Positions 18,893 to 28,905 of a stretch of DNA of 64,000 nucleotides are shown piece by piece. The notes under the pieces were generated by a model, which did not search any database, was not told the origin of the DNA, and saw only the letters and a list, made by a program, of their open reading frames with translations. The stretch is from Candidatus Poribacteria bacterium. GTDB taxonomy: Bacteria > Poribacteria > WGA-4E > PCPOR2b. Every line of letters starts with the position of its first letter. Position 1 is the stretch's first letter. The translations under genes and the position numbers were made by a program. The stretch spans positions 3,456,001 to 3,520,000 of the forward strand of contig OZ242326.1 in assembly GCA_965208325.1 (NCBI GenBank), read 5' to 3'.

Positions 18893-19993
18893 TTGTCCCC
18901 TGACCTTTCCGCAAAAATCCATCAAATTGCCGACCATCTCCGGGTTGATGCCGCCAACCTCCGGATAACTCCCGTTCGACACGGCAGGTTCAAACGCAAC
19001 AACGTCTGGCGGTTGAATACGCCTGAGACGGACTATATTCTCAAACAGCATCTCGTCACTCACCCGCTAGGGAAAACGGCTTTCTCCCCATATCAGATTG
19101 AATCTGCCGTGCTCCCGATTTTGCATCGAGCGGGTTGCCGCGTCCCTCAAGTTGTTTGGAAGTCTCGGGCCGCTTCGATGCTGCTGTTGGAAGCGTGCGG
19201 CGAAATCACGCTCGACGATTTCGCGCAAGTCTCGCCCGCCGAAATCCTCGTGCCGATTGCGCGGAACGCGGTTCGGGAATTCTGCCGTCTGGAATCGGCG
19301 TTTGCTGACCGCGCGGAGGTCATCCAACCTTACATCTATCCGTCAGATTCGCCCCTAGATGAAACACTTGACGGGATGTTGGACCGTGGCAGAAAGACCA
19401 TGGATTACCTAGCATGGTTGAACGGCGGAACGATGCGTCCGGATGAGCAAGCGATGGTCAACGAAATTTGGGAGGATATGTCGAACTATCTACACAATGC
19501 AGAGGCGAGGCTGGGAAGCTTGGATTACAACGCGCGGAACGTGGTGGTCGACGTTGACAGCGCGGCTTTCATCGATTTTGCGAGCGTCGGTTGGGACTGG
19601 GGCGAGCGTCGACTGGTTCAGACGTTCAATAGTCTCGGGGCGCACCGATCGGGCGGAAGGTTTGTCAGCGCCTTAAACCGGGAGGTTGTCGGCGAATACG
19701 CAAGCCGGTCAGCACACGGGAAATCGGACGAAGCTGAGATTCGAGTGGACTATCACAACATTCTCTTCTACCTCTCTGTCGTGTATCGGCTCTTGCAGGC
19801 GATCGCTCAACCGCAGCGTGAGGCGAGCATATCCCTGTTAAACGCGTGGGGCGATGCTAAGCCGAGGCTCCGGCAGGCGATAGACCTGCTTGCGGATTCC
19901 CCCCTGAGCGGCAACCCATACGCAGCACAGCTCCGGAACATTGTCGGCGAATGGCGATCGGCGGCTGCAAAGAGCGGCGATTGGCAGCTATGA
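18893..19993 (+). CDS. Aminoglycoside phosphotransferase/choline kinase-like protein
   Basis: YILK, RVPQV, DYNARNVVV, FIDF kinase-like motifs. Confidence 0.75.
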   Translation: MSPDLSAKIHQIADHLRVDAANLRITPVRHGRFKRNNVWRLNTPETDYILKQHLVTHPLGKTAFSPYQIESAVLPILHRAGCRVPQVVWKSRAASMLLLEACGEITLDDFAQVSPAEILVPIARNAVREFCRLESAFADRAEVIQPYIYPSDSPLDETLDGMLDRGRKTMDYLAWLNGGTMRPDEQAMVNEIWEDMSNYLHNAEARLGSLDYNARNVVVDVDSAAFIDFASVGWDWGERRLVQTFNSLGAHRSGGRFVSALNREVVGEYASRSAHGKSDEAEIRVDYHNILFYLSVVYRLLQAIAQPQREASISLLNAWGDAKPRLRQAIDLLADSPLSGNPYAAQLRNIVGEWRSAAAKSGDWQL

Positions 19994-20121
19994 AAGTAAC
20001 TGAAATGCAACAGACATGCTTCTAATTTCAAACGGCCAGCGTCCCGAAGCGCGTTTTCATCATTGCGGCTGGCATGACCGGATCGGGATTTGGCCTGCCG
20101 TTGCTCCTGACGCCGATCGGC

Positions 20122-20892
20122 TCACGCCTCGTCGCGGTGTGCCTCTGCCAGTGCGGCCATCGACTCGAATCTGAATTCGCAGTGCGGCATCGTTTCCGGC
20201 GGCATGGTGGCGCCGAACCCCACCTTCCCCGCCCTGCGGTAGACGTGACAGCTGGCGAGCCCCGCGCGGTTCGCCGGGGCGTGGTCGTGGAACATGCTCT
20301 CGGCGGTGTGCAGGATCCCCGATGGATTGATCCCGAGCGTTGAGAGCTGCTCTATCATGTAGCTGAAGTTCCTGTCGCTCGGTTTGTAGGATCCGATGTC
20401 CTCGGCCGTGAAGACCCCGTCAAAGACGACCCCGAGCTTTTCGTTGCTCCGTGCGAAGCTGCCGTTGTCCACATTGCTCAGCACGAAAAGGCGGTAGTGC
20501 TCCTTCAGATACCGCAGAGCTGGGGCGGAATCGAGAAACGCGGGCCACTGTCCCACCGATTCGCCGTACCGCACGCACTCCCGCCAATCGACCGTCAGCC
20601 GCCATTGCTCGGCCAGACGGCGATACACTACCGCCAGCAAATCGCAGTACCGCGCAGCCGGAGTGACGCGCTGCTGTGCTGATTCGTGGCGGGCATGCGC
20701 TTCGAGCACTTTGTCCCGACTCGGCTGGGTCTCGAGCCGAGTCGTCAGCGGGCGCAGCGCCTCAATAATGCCGGTCTCCCAGTCAATGAGCGTCCCGTAT
20801 ACATCGAAGGTAAGAGCTTGAAAGTCTCTGAGCCTCAACTGCCGATCCTTTCCTGAAAAGCGAACTCGGGCGGCGGTCAACCGCTGTGGCAC
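20122..20892 (-). CDS. Haloacid dehalogenase type II-like HAD hydrolase
   Basis: FDVYGTLIDWE, LSNVD, SYKP, HTAESMFHD. Confidence 0.92.
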   Translation of the reverse strand: MPQRLTAARVRFSGKDRQLRLRDFQALTFDVYGTLIDWETGIIEALRPLTTRLETQPSRDKVLEAHARHESAQQRVTPAARYCDLLAVVYRRLAEQWRLTVDWRECVRYGESVGQWPAFLDSAPALRYLKEHYRLFVLSNVDNGSFARSNEKLGVVFDGVFTAEDIGSYKPSDRNFSYMIEQLSTLGINPSGILHTAESMFHDHAPANRAGLASCHVYRRAGKVGFGATMPPETMPHCEFRFESMAALAEAHRDEA

Positions 20893-20898
20893 ACGATA

Positions 20899-21678
20899 TT
20901 AGCGGTCCCCCTGGCCACGTTCCGACTTCTGGCAAACATAGATAATCCCCGGATAGGGAACGACTGATTCGATTAGGATTTCATCACGGATATTTAGGTT
21001 GGCGCTGCGAATCAGTTGCCGCCACAACTCAGGTGGATGGTGGTTTGGACGAATTTGCGTCGTTACGCCATACACCCCAACGGTTCGCTTGATTCGCTCC
21101 TCGACGTTTACATAACGGTATTTCCACTTCGGTACCGTCGTGTTATCTTTAATTAACAGAATGCCGCGCGGTTTGAGCGAATCGGTGCAGGCGGCAAGAA
21201 TCTGTCCTTGGGTTTCATCGGTAAAATAGGAAAGAATATCAATTAAAAGTAGCGCATCCCCCGGCGGTACCGGTGTTTGCGCGACATCGCCGCACTGAAA
21301 AGTCACTTGCCCCAGATCGCGAGCCGCCTCTTTGGAGATTGAAACACGTATTGGGGACGCCTCAATGCCGAGAATCCTTGTCTTGCACCGCAATGCTGCC
21401 ATTAGGCTGATTAGCCCGTACCCGGATCCCAAATCCACTAACCGTTCTGCTGTGGCGGGAACATGCCGATCTATCGCTTTCAGGATGGGTTGTAGACATA
21501 TCAGACGCGCCCAAATCTTCACCCGTTCGCGGACAGCGGCATGGGTGTAGCGATTCATAAGCCAGCGTACATCAGGGAGCGCCATCGGCCCCTCTCCGAA
21601 CAGATACGATAACCTGTACAGCACCGGTGCGATTACGCTGTCAATTGCTGAACGCCGCTGACTCCGTTCTATCCCCAT
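20899..21678 (-). CDS. Class I SAM-dependent methyltransferase
   Basis: LVDLGSGYG motif I, LKPRGILLI; start uncertain. Confidence 0.85.
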   Translation of the reverse strand: MGIERSQRRSAIDSVIAPVLYRLSYLFGEGPMALPDVRWLMNRYTHAAVRERVKIWARLICLQPILKAIDRHVPATAERLVDLGSGYGLISLMAALRCKTRILGIEASPIRVSISKEAARDLGQVTFQCGDVAQTPVPPGDALLLIDILSYFTDETQGQILAACTDSLKPRGILLIKDNTTVPKWKYRYVNVEERIKRTVGVYGVTTQIRPNHHPPELWRQLIRSANLNIRDEILIESVVPYPGIIYVCQKSERGQGDR

Positions 21679-22460
21679 CGGGTCTCCGGCGGATCGAATA
21701 GAAACCCGTGGAATAGTTTGCGGCGCTCCTCAGACAGGCGGTTGTAGAAACTCTTTTTGTAACCCCAATGCTCCGGAGACGCCATCATCCAAGGAGGCTC
21801 GTAGGCGTAATACAGCATGATGCGCGCGCCGTCGCCCCGCGTCCATGGACCCGCGGAATGCCAAAGCGCGTTATGAAATAGGATGGCGCTTCCGGCTGGC
21901 GCACAGAGTTGTATCGCGCCCGGAAATAGGTCGTTTCGTTTAAGCGCCGCTGAATCCGGCTCATGCACGGCTTTGTGGCTGCCGGGAACAACACATAGGT
22001 TGCCGCGCCCCGACTCCGTCATGTCGGTCAGATAGTATCCGATTTTAAGCTGTAGCAGGGGGATTGGGGGACCCAGGTCGCGGTATCCATAGTCGCGGCC
22101 GTCTCTATGCCAGCCCATCCCGCGATCCCTTCCGCCGTACTCAACGATTGCGTCGGAGGCGTGATGGTGCGGACGTTCATGGAGCAGTTCCGTGACGTAC
22201 GTAAACATCGGCGGATAATCGAGCATGTCCAGAAACAGCGGGTCGTCGTCCAGAATATAGAAAATGCGTGTGTTGCCGCCTTGAACATCTGTACGCCCGG
22301 TGTGCGGGATGTCACGTTCCTGAAGCCCCCGCCTACGCGTAACCGCGGCGTGCAACGCTTCCAATAGGCGCGCGACAAGGTCCTTGCTCAGGAAACTTTC
22401 TAGAACAAGGTAACCGTTGTTGTCGAAGAAGAAGCGTTCTGATTGCGTGAGTTCGGTCAT
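21669..22460 (-). CDS. Phytanoyl-CoA dioxygenase (PhyH) family
   Basis: NGYLVL, WHRD, VPGSH, FHNALWH. Confidence 0.92.
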   Translation of the reverse strand: MTELTQSERFFFDNNGYLVLESFLSKDLVARLLEALHAAVTRRRGLQERDIPHTGRTDVQGGNTRIFYILDDDPLFLDMLDYPPMFTYVTELLHERPHHHASDAIVEYGGRDRGMGWHRDGRDYGYRDLGPPIPLLQLKIGYYLTDMTESGRGNLCVVPGSHKAVHEPDSAALKRNDLFPGAIQLCAPAGSAILFHNALWHSAGPWTRGDGARIMLYYAYEPPWMMASPEHWGYKKSFYNRLSEERRKLFHGFLFDPPETRWG

Positions 22461-22526
22461 GTTTGTCACGATTCGTCGGTGTGCAGTGTCATGTCGGTCA
22501 ACGGACACCAGAAAGTGGAAGTGATA

Positions 22527-22919
22527 CTAGTCTTTTTCCGTTGGCGCGATCGCCGATTCAAGATTACCGAGGAATTCTATCGTTTCGCCCGTTGAGGGCT
22601 TTGTGGACTGAAACTTCTGTTGGTACGCTTTCAGCGCGCGATAGAGACGGACGAGATTGGCACGCCGATCCGCGTTTGCGTCCCGAACACTCTCAAATTG
22701 AAAACGAACTTCCGCCTCCGAGACCCCATCCGGACGATGCTTCAGCAAATGCTCCTCGACCTTGTCCACCGCGCGCCCTGCCATCCAGTATCGTGCGCCT
22801 TCAACGCCGCCGAGCCGCATGTAGAGGAATATTCCTGCAGCTAGGATTAACATCCCAAAAATCAGCAAGAAACCCAGTACCCGCCGGTAGCAACCCTTCA
22901 GCTTATCCGTCCGCGCCAT
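22527..22919 (-). CDS. Hypothetical membrane-anchored protein
   Basis: Tightly packed in the operon; N-terminal TM. Confidence 0.7.
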   Translation of the reverse strand: MARTDKLKGCYRRVLGFLLIFGMLILAAGIFLYMRLGGVEGARYWMAGRAVDKVEEHLLKHRPDGVSEAEVRFQFESVRDANADRRANLVRLYRALKAYQQKFQSTKPSTGETIEFLGNLESAIAPTEKD

Positions 22920-22922
22920 GGG

Positions 22923-24038
22923 CTACAACTCCCCTCCCCGAATCGTTAAGTAGGGTTGCAGTTTCTGATTCCCGATAAGCACCGTACCGTGTGTGTCGCG
23001 AAACTCAAATTCGCCGGAGATGCAGTCAAAGACTGCGACATCGGCGACCGTTCCAATCTTAAGATGTCCGAGTTCAGCTTCGCGCCGAATGGCTTTTGCC
23101 GCAGCGATGGTCGATTTCGCAAGTACCTCATCAAGAGAAAGCCCAAGATGCAAAAATTTGGACAACGTCGTTGGCAAATCGTACACGGGTCCGTTGATGT
23201 TGCCTGTATGTAGGTCGGTGCTGATCACATCGGAGATAAATCCCTGTTCCATAGCGCGCTGCGCGACTTCGTAAGAGAAACTGCCCATGCCGTGCCCCAC
23301 ATCGAATATAACGCCGTCGTTTCGCGCCGACCATGCCTCGGGAATAACGCGCCCTTTGTCATCAATGATGCTATCGCCGCGTCCTTGAAAACAGTGCGTA
23401 ATCACATCTCCCGGACGCATCAGTTTTAACACATCCGGCAGCGGTACGCCAGCGCCGATGTGGCACATCACGGGGGTATTTGCAAGCTCCGCCGCCTCAA
23501 TCGCCAGCTTCAACGGCTCGACCCCGTTGCCGCCGACTTGCTCTGCCCCTTGACGCACCTTGACGCCGATTGTGATGTCCGGGTTTCGCATCAGCGTTTC
23601 GGCAACTTCGCCGGGATTCGCATATTCGAGTTCGTGCATCTCGCCGACCGGTCCGTAGACCAGACCGATACCGGAGATGTGGATGTAGGAGAGTACACGG
23701 GTTCGCGCGGGTTGCACGACATATTCTCGAAGGCCGGGAAACGTCACCCAGCTTGAACTGCCGGCATCAACGATTGTCGTAACGCCCGTTGTCGTACAAA
23801 CCGGATCGGCTTTGATTCCCCATGTCGTCACCCCTGCGTAGACATGGGCATGGATATCCACCAAGCCGGGTGTAACGAATTTTTCAGTGACGAAAACCGT
23901 CTGCTTCGCCCGATTTGCCGGGATATCGCGCTCAATCGCGGCGACTTTGCCTTTGGCGATTGCCACGTCTCGCTGATGGTGCAGTTGCTGAGCCGGATCA
24001 ATAACCGTTCCGCCTTTAAGCAGTATGTCGTATTTCAT
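22923..24038 (-). CDS. Amidohydrolase/deacetylase family metallohydrolase (dihydroorotase-like)
   Basis: PGLVDIHAH, GVTTIVDAGS, DVGHG.GSF, ISTDLH. Confidence 0.92.
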   Translation of the reverse strand: MKYDILLKGGTVIDPAQQLHHQRDVAIAKGKVAAIERDIPANRAKQTVFVTEKFVTPGLVDIHAHVYAGVTTWGIKADPVCTTTGVTTIVDAGSSSWVTFPGLREYVVQPARTRVLSYIHISGIGLVYGPVGEMHELEYANPGEVAETLMRNPDITIGVKVRQGAEQVGGNGVEPLKLAIEAAELANTPVMCHIGAGVPLPDVLKLMRPGDVITHCFQGRGDSIIDDKGRVIPEAWSARNDGVIFDVGHGMGSFSYEVAQRAMEQGFISDVISTDLHTGNINGPVYDLPTTLSKFLHLGLSLDEVLAKSTIAAAKAIRREAELGHLKIGTVADVAVFDCISGEFEFRDTHGTVLIGNQKLQPYLTIRGGEL

Positions 24039-24060
24039 CTCGCTTGTCTCCCCCGCGCTT

Positions 24061-24741
24061 TCACACACCGCGCCGGTTCCCCCAAATATCCACGTGCACC
24101 CTCGGCGAATAGCGGTATCCGTATTCTTTGCACACCTCCACTAGCCATTCCTGTTTGGGTTGCAATTCTTCGGAGGTTGTACCCTGCGGCATTAGCACAA
24201 TGGTTTCCGGCGGGATGGAGATTTCCGTTTGCAGGGCGTTGATTTCTTCGAGATCTTCGGGCTGGTCGACGACAAATTTGACCTGGCAGTCGTATAGCTC
24301 GAGGAACTTGCGGATGACATCGGGGCAAATGCGTCCCCGTTCATGCCGCCGAAAGTATCGGTCGTCCGGACGCGGATTGGAGTTCCGCAGTTTTGGGCTC
24401 ATCGAAATCAGGTGAGCCGCCACAGGGGCAAAGACGGTTGCATTGGTTTCGATGGTGATATGGTGACCCTGCCGGTCGAGCGTTTGGCACAATTCCATTA
24501 ACGCCTTGGCTTGGATAAACGGCTCGCCCCCCGTGATAACAACATGCTTGCAACCGTACCGCGTGATTGCCGCTGCCGCTTCGGAGACGGATATTTCCTT
24601 GTTCTCCGGATTCCACGACGTATAGGGCGTATCGCACCAGATGCACCTCAAATTGCAGTAGCTCGTCCGGAAAAAAACCGACGGCGCTCCAATGAGTTTG
24701 CCCTCGCCTTGAATAGTATAGAAGAGTTCGCTGAACTTCAC
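24061..24741 (-). CDS. queE: 7-carboxy-7-deazaguanine synthase
   Basis: ELFYTIQGEG, CNLRCIWCDTPY, ITGGEP, IETN, SPK, PRVH. Confidence 0.9.
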   Translation of the reverse strand: MKFSELFYTIQGEGKLIGAPSVFFRTSYCNLRCIWCDTPYTSWNPENKEISVSEAAAAITRYGCKHVVITGGEPFIQAKALMELCQTLDRQGHHITIETNATVFAPVAAHLISMSPKLRNSNPRPDDRYFRRHERGRICPDVIRKFLELYDCQVKFVVDQPEDLEEINALQTEISIPPETIVLMPQGTTSEELQPKQEWLVEVCKEYGYRYSPRVHVDIWGNRRGV

Positions 24742-24782
24742 GTCTTATCCCTGTTTCGATCAGAATTTTCACCCTGCAAAAC

Positions 24783-25166
24783 TTAGGAGCGCTGAAGAAG
24801 TTCGATTTGCACGCCGTCAGGCCCCTTGATGAACGCAATCGTGAAGGACGGGTTGACGACTATCGGATCGCCTTCAAACTCGGCGCCCCGAGCCGTCAGC
24901 TCTTCTACGGCCGCAGCCATGTCTTCAACGGCAAAAGCAACTTGGTAAACTCCCCACCGCAATTTTCCGCTGTTCGGTTCGACCTCTTCCCCTGCAAGTT
25001 TGGGAGAGAAGAATAGTCTCTGCCCGCCAACTTCAAGCTGAACGATCGGCCGCCCTTTGACTTCCACCCGCGCCAGAACCGTGCCGCCAAACACCTTAAC
25101 ATAATAGTCAACTGTCGATTCGAGGTCATTACAACGAAAGTGGACGTGATCGAATGTATACGCCAT
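24783..25166 (-). CDS. VOC/glyoxalase family protein
   Basis: FDHVH...AFAVED...FIKGPDGVQIEL; RBS AAGGAG. Confidence 0.9.
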   Translation of the reverse strand: MAYTFDHVHFRCNDLESTVDYYVKVFGGTVLARVEVKGRPIVQLEVGGQRLFFSPKLAGEEVEPNSGKLRWGVYQVAFAVEDMAAAVEELTARGAEFEGDPIVVNPSFTIAFIKGPDGVQIELLQRS

Positions 25167-25345
25167 GGTGATTCTCCTTATGAATGACAAATGATGGGAA
25201 TGTTTCATCCGGTTTTGCCCGCACTAAACCAAACCCCGCGGGCTTCGGAAGAATACGACTATTATAGACCAGAAGCAGAGCGAATGTAAATGGAATTCGC
25301 CCCGCCAGATTGAAGCGAAATACCTTCACTCGGACTCATTTTTGC

Positions 25346-25374
25346 TTGACAAGACAGAAATTATCTGTTATCAT
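25346..25374 (+). promoter_or_regulatory. Sigma70 promoter upstream of the riboswitch
   Basis: TTGACA-17-TATCAT. Confidence 0.6.
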
Positions 25375-25419
25375 TGCGCTTGTACAGCAGCATGGCAGAA
25401 GCATTTTAAAACTGAATAT

Positions 25420-25600
25420 TTATTCGATTCAGGTGCTAGCAATCGTTTGCGATTGTGGAGAATAGGGAAGCGCGGTGAGAATCCGCCACGGCCCCGCCAC
25501 TGTGAACGACGAGTAATCGTGTCCACGATGCCACTGTCCCAGCGTGTTGAGATGGGAAGGCGGACACGGGTTGTCGGTAGTCAGGAGACCTGCCTGAAGC
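25420..25600 (+). promoter_or_regulatory. Cobalamin riboswitch
   Basis: AGGTG...AATAGGGAA.CGCGGTGAGAATCCGC..CGGCCCCGCCACTGT...GCCACTG...GGGAAGG...AGTCAGGAGACCTGCC (B12 box). Confidence 0.95.
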
Positions 25601-25688
25601 GAGTTTCACACAGAGTTTTCGCGGGAAGGCTGTGAACCAGAGACTTTGCTCCTTTTGCCGAAGCGGCGGCGTAGGAATAACGAACTGC

Positions 25689-25722
25689 ACCCCAGTTTTC
25701 TAAATGAAAACTGGGGTTTTTT
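25689..25722 (+). terminator. Terminator-like hairpin in the riboswitch leader
   Basis: CCCCAGTTTTC-TAAAT-GAAAACTGGGG followed by T6. Confidence 0.6.
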
Positions 25723-25811
25723 GTTTCTGGAGTCCGAAAAAGGCTGTTTCCGTTAGCAGTCCTTCCACACCTCAAACGGTATTTTCCACATACGAAAGGA
25801 CAGTCAAACCC

Positions 25812-27521
25812 ATGAAGAATAGACTCCAATATGCGTTAATATTCGCCGCCACGGCGTTGATGCTTGTTGCGTTTTCGGCTTCCGCCGCAAATGAGGTTCA
25901 AAATCTGGCGGTTGTTGTTAATGACTGGGCAGATCAAGAACGCGGCATTTCCACCTCCTTATCTATTGTTGACCTCGACGAGCCGGATGTTGAACGAGCT
26001 GTCGAAAATGAGATTATTCCGCTCGGATCGGTTCCAAGCGACATTGAGATTCGAGGCGATTTGGGGTATGTCGTCAACACATTCAGCGATAACGTACAAA
26101 TTGTAAATTTGAGACATAGGGTCAGCCTTGGAACAATCCCAATCGGAGATGGCACTTGGCCTCAAAAAATCGCATTCGCCAGCGATTCCAAAGCGTATGT
26201 CACTTGTAGTGGGACAAATGACATTAGGGTGGTGGATGTAAAGGGGCGGAGCGTAATTAACACCATCCCCGGCGGCTTGAAACCAGCGGGGATAACGATA
26301 ATCAATGACAAGGTTTATGTCGCAAACTCGGCGTGGGAATGGGATGGACAGGTCACCTACAAGGATAGTAGCGTTACAGTGATTGATATATGGACGGATA
26401 CTGTCATAAAGTCGATTGATGTCCCAACGAACGCTACAGGCATTACAAACGATGGTGCGTCTAAAGTCCTCGTAATCTCGACAGGCGATTACGCGACTAT
26501 CTTGGGAAATCTTGTTATTATTGATGCAAACCGCGATGAAGTTGAGAAGATCGTTAATCTTAGATCAACCCCATCCCACTCGATCGTCATTAACAGTATG
26601 AATCACGCCTTTTTCACGGGCGGGGACGGTTGGTTCACAAACTTAGGTCTTATGATTTACGACCTTGAGAGAGAAAAGTGGATACGCGATCGAAACGATG
26701 CGCTTGCGGATTTCAAAGAAGGTTCTGGGTTAGCCGTCGATTCAAATGACTACATTTATGTAGCAATTCCAGATAGGACCGGTGCAGGGCTAAGTGAGTT
26801 GCGCGTCATGGCGCCGGATGAGACCCTTGATAGCGTCTATCGTGTCGGCCATGGCGCTTCTATCGTTGCAATCGCACAGATTCAACCGCTTGAACCGCCG
26901 GCGGTTGATGTAAACAGCGACGGCGTCGTGGATGTGGCCGATTTAGTACTCGTTGCCGGCAATTTCGGCCAGACAGGAGCTGCAGGCGATGTCAATGCGG
27001 ATGGTGTCATCGACATATTAGATTTGGTGCTCGTCGCCAAGCGTTTCGGAGAGGACGTTGCCGCCGCGCCGATGAATCGGCAATTGCCGTCCGTCAACGC
27101 CGCGGTCGATGCCGCACACATCCAACGCGCGATTTCCGAGTTAGAATCGTATCCGGATCAGTCCCCCATCATCCGGTTTATTGCCGACTATTTACGGGCG
27201 TATCTTACATCGGCGTCTCCAACTGTGTTAGAAACAGAGTTGCTCGCAAACTTCCCGAATCCGTTCAACCCGGAGACCTGGATGCCCTATCACCTCGCCC
27301 ACGCCGCTGATGTTACGCTCACCATCTATAATACAAAAGGCGCAGTAGTGCGGGAATTAAATGTCGGGCATCAGCCTGCAGGACTATACGCCGATACAGC
27401 AAAGGCTGCGTATTGGGACGGAAAGTCGGAGACGGGCGAACTCGTCTCAAGCGGCGTCTATTTCTATCAACTTCGCGCGGGAGATTATTCCCAAGTGCGG
27501 CGCATGGCAATCCTCAAATAG
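25812..27521 (+). CDS. Secreted YncE/YVTN-like beta-propeller + dockerin + FlgD-Ig/T9SS-A-like C-terminal domain
   Basis: Signal peptide; GYVVN/AYVT/VYVAN blades; DVNSDGVVDVADLV...DVNADGVIDILDLV; NFPNPFNPETW...WDG...SGVYFYQL. Confidence 0.9.
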   Translation: MKNRLQYALIFAATALMLVAFSASAANEVQNLAVVVNDWADQERGISTSLSIVDLDEPDVERAVENEIIPLGSVPSDIEIRGDLGYVVNTFSDNVQIVNLRHRVSLGTIPIGDGTWPQKIAFASDSKAYVTCSGTNDIRVVDVKGRSVINTIPGGLKPAGITIINDKVYVANSAWEWDGQVTYKDSSVTVIDIWTDTVIKSIDVPTNATGITNDGASKVLVISTGDYATILGNLVIIDANRDEVEKIVNLRSTPSHSIVINSMNHAFFTGGDGWFTNLGLMIYDLEREKWIRDRNDALADFKEGSGLAVDSNDYIYVAIPDRTGAGLSELRVMAPDETLDSVYRVGHGASIVAIAQIQPLEPPAVDVNSDGVVDVADLVLVAGNFGQTGAAGDVNADGVIDILDLVLVAKRFGEDVAAAPMNRQLPSVNAAVDAAHIQRAISELESYPDQSPIIRFIADYLRAYLTSASPTVLETELLANFPNPFNPETWMPYHLAHAADVTLTIYNTKGAVVRELNVGHQPAGLYADTAKAAYWDGKSETGELVSSGVYFYQLRAGDYSQVRRMAILK

Positions 27522-27537
27522 GTGCGTAAACAGCCAG

Positions 27538-27574
27538 AAGAAACCGAGTTTTTTTCTTCAAAACTCGGTTTCTT
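27538..27574. repeat. Solo copy of the AAACCGAGTTTT...AAAACTCGGTTT palindrome
   Basis: Matches the palindrome in the 483-1275 array; lies just after a stop codon. Confidence 0.85.
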
Positions 27575-27575
27575 G

Positions 27576-27703
27576 AGAACTTGTTTGAAAATTCAATTTT
27601 TTACAGCACCGGTTGTCTTAAGCCAAAGCCCCAGCGGGGCGACAGATTATAGCCACTCAAACGCACAAGAATGGCTTGGTCACCTATTATTCAAACAAAC
27701 TCT
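27576..27703. mobile_element. MITE-like element carrying a GCCCCAGCGGGGC hairpin
   Basis: Inverted ends AGAACTTGTTTGAA / TTCAAACAAACTCT. Confidence 0.55.
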
Positions 27704-27795
27704 TAACCGTGCAATTGAGAACATCGGATTTCAAGCGTTAAGTCTAAAGGGTTTCAACACTTCAACATAGAGTATTCTATTTAAGGAGAAAACTA

Positions 27796-28845
27796 ATGAA
27801 ACAATTCCTGAAGGTTACTTTTTTTGCGGCAATCGTCTGCTTGTCGATTCCAGCAACCTGTCTCGCACAAACTGTCGTATCTTTCAATCCACCTGTAATG
27901 GAATCGCCAGACACCGCACAGCAATTCACAATTGACGTGCATATCTCAAATGCAACTGATGTCTTCGGATATCAAATCGCTCTCACATTCGACTCAACCG
28001 CACTCGCATATGTCAGCGTTGAAAACCGTGACTTCCTGCCAGGTTCCATCGGCCCGCCAACACTCCCCCCAATCGTCGCAGACGGCGAAATCAATTTCAG
28101 CGTAACCCTATTAGGTGCAGTGCCCGGCGTTAATGGAGACGGAACACTCGCAACCGTTACGTTTGAGGTCGTTGCCGTGAAAACATCTACACTCGGACTT
28201 GACGTTAAGGTGATAGATTCAAACGACCAGCAGTTGGAATTGACAACTGAATCAGGTACGATTACCGGCGCACCGCTCGAACCTGTGAGAACTGAACCGG
28301 AAGGCGATGTGTTATCGTTTGAAGCGTCGATTTCGAGTGCAAACACACCAGCCAAAGGCTTTATCGCTGTATGGGAAGGGGTAATGGAGATACAGGCGGG
28401 TACGTTCATTGAATATCAGGTGATGTTCTCGGGGATTAGCGTCCACACACGAGGCGGTGTCTACGCTCACACTGCCGACGGTAGAATCGTTGGTCTCGTT
28501 GATGATGCTGCTGGGTCGGATTGGCAGCACCGCAAGGTCTCACTCGACGATATTGCCGGCAGTGAAATTGTTGCGATTACAGTCGGCACGGATAACGGAG
28601 ACAATCCGGATAATCCAGCCGGTCAATTTGGAATGGTGATTGACAACGTGCAGATAACCAGCGATGCGGGTGTATTAACGAAGGTATGGGTTGACGAAAG
28701 TACGATTGGCGGTGCGCAGGAGTCGGCTGCAGCGTATGGAGATTCTACAGGTGTTGAGGGCATGCGGGCATTCATCTCTGCCGTTTCTGTTGAACCCCAA
28801 TCGAAGATGTTGACAAGTTGGGCGCATCTTAAAGCAGCGCGTTGA
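27796..28845 (+). CDS. Secreted cohesin-domain protein with C-terminal VEP..K....W..LK tail
   Basis: FTIDVHISNATDVFGYQIALTFDSTAL.YVSV...VNGDGTLATVTFEV cohesin pattern; RBS AAGGAG. Confidence 0.85.
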   Translation: MKQFLKVTFFAAIVCLSIPATCLAQTVVSFNPPVMESPDTAQQFTIDVHISNATDVFGYQIALTFDSTALAYVSVENRDFLPGSIGPPTLPPIVADGEINFSVTLLGAVPGVNGDGTLATVTFEVVAVKTSTLGLDVKVIDSNDQQLELTTESGTITGAPLEPVRTEPEGDVLSFEASISSANTPAKGFIAVWEGVMEIQAGTFIEYQVMFSGISVHTRGGVYAHTADGRIVGLVDDAAGSDWQHRKVSLDDIAGSEIVAITVGTDNGDNPDNPAGQFGMVIDNVQITSDAGVLTKVWVDESTIGGAQESAAAYGDSTGVEGMRAFISAVSVEPQSKMLTSWAHLKAAR

Positions 28846-28872
28846 GCACGCAACTTTACTAGTAAACTATCC

Positions 28873-28905
28873 AAAGCCCTGCATCAGCAGATGCAGGGCT
28901 TTTTT
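28873..28905 (+). terminator. Intrinsic terminator
   Basis: AAAGCCCTGCATC-AGCA-GATGCAGGGCTTTTTT. Confidence 0.85.
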
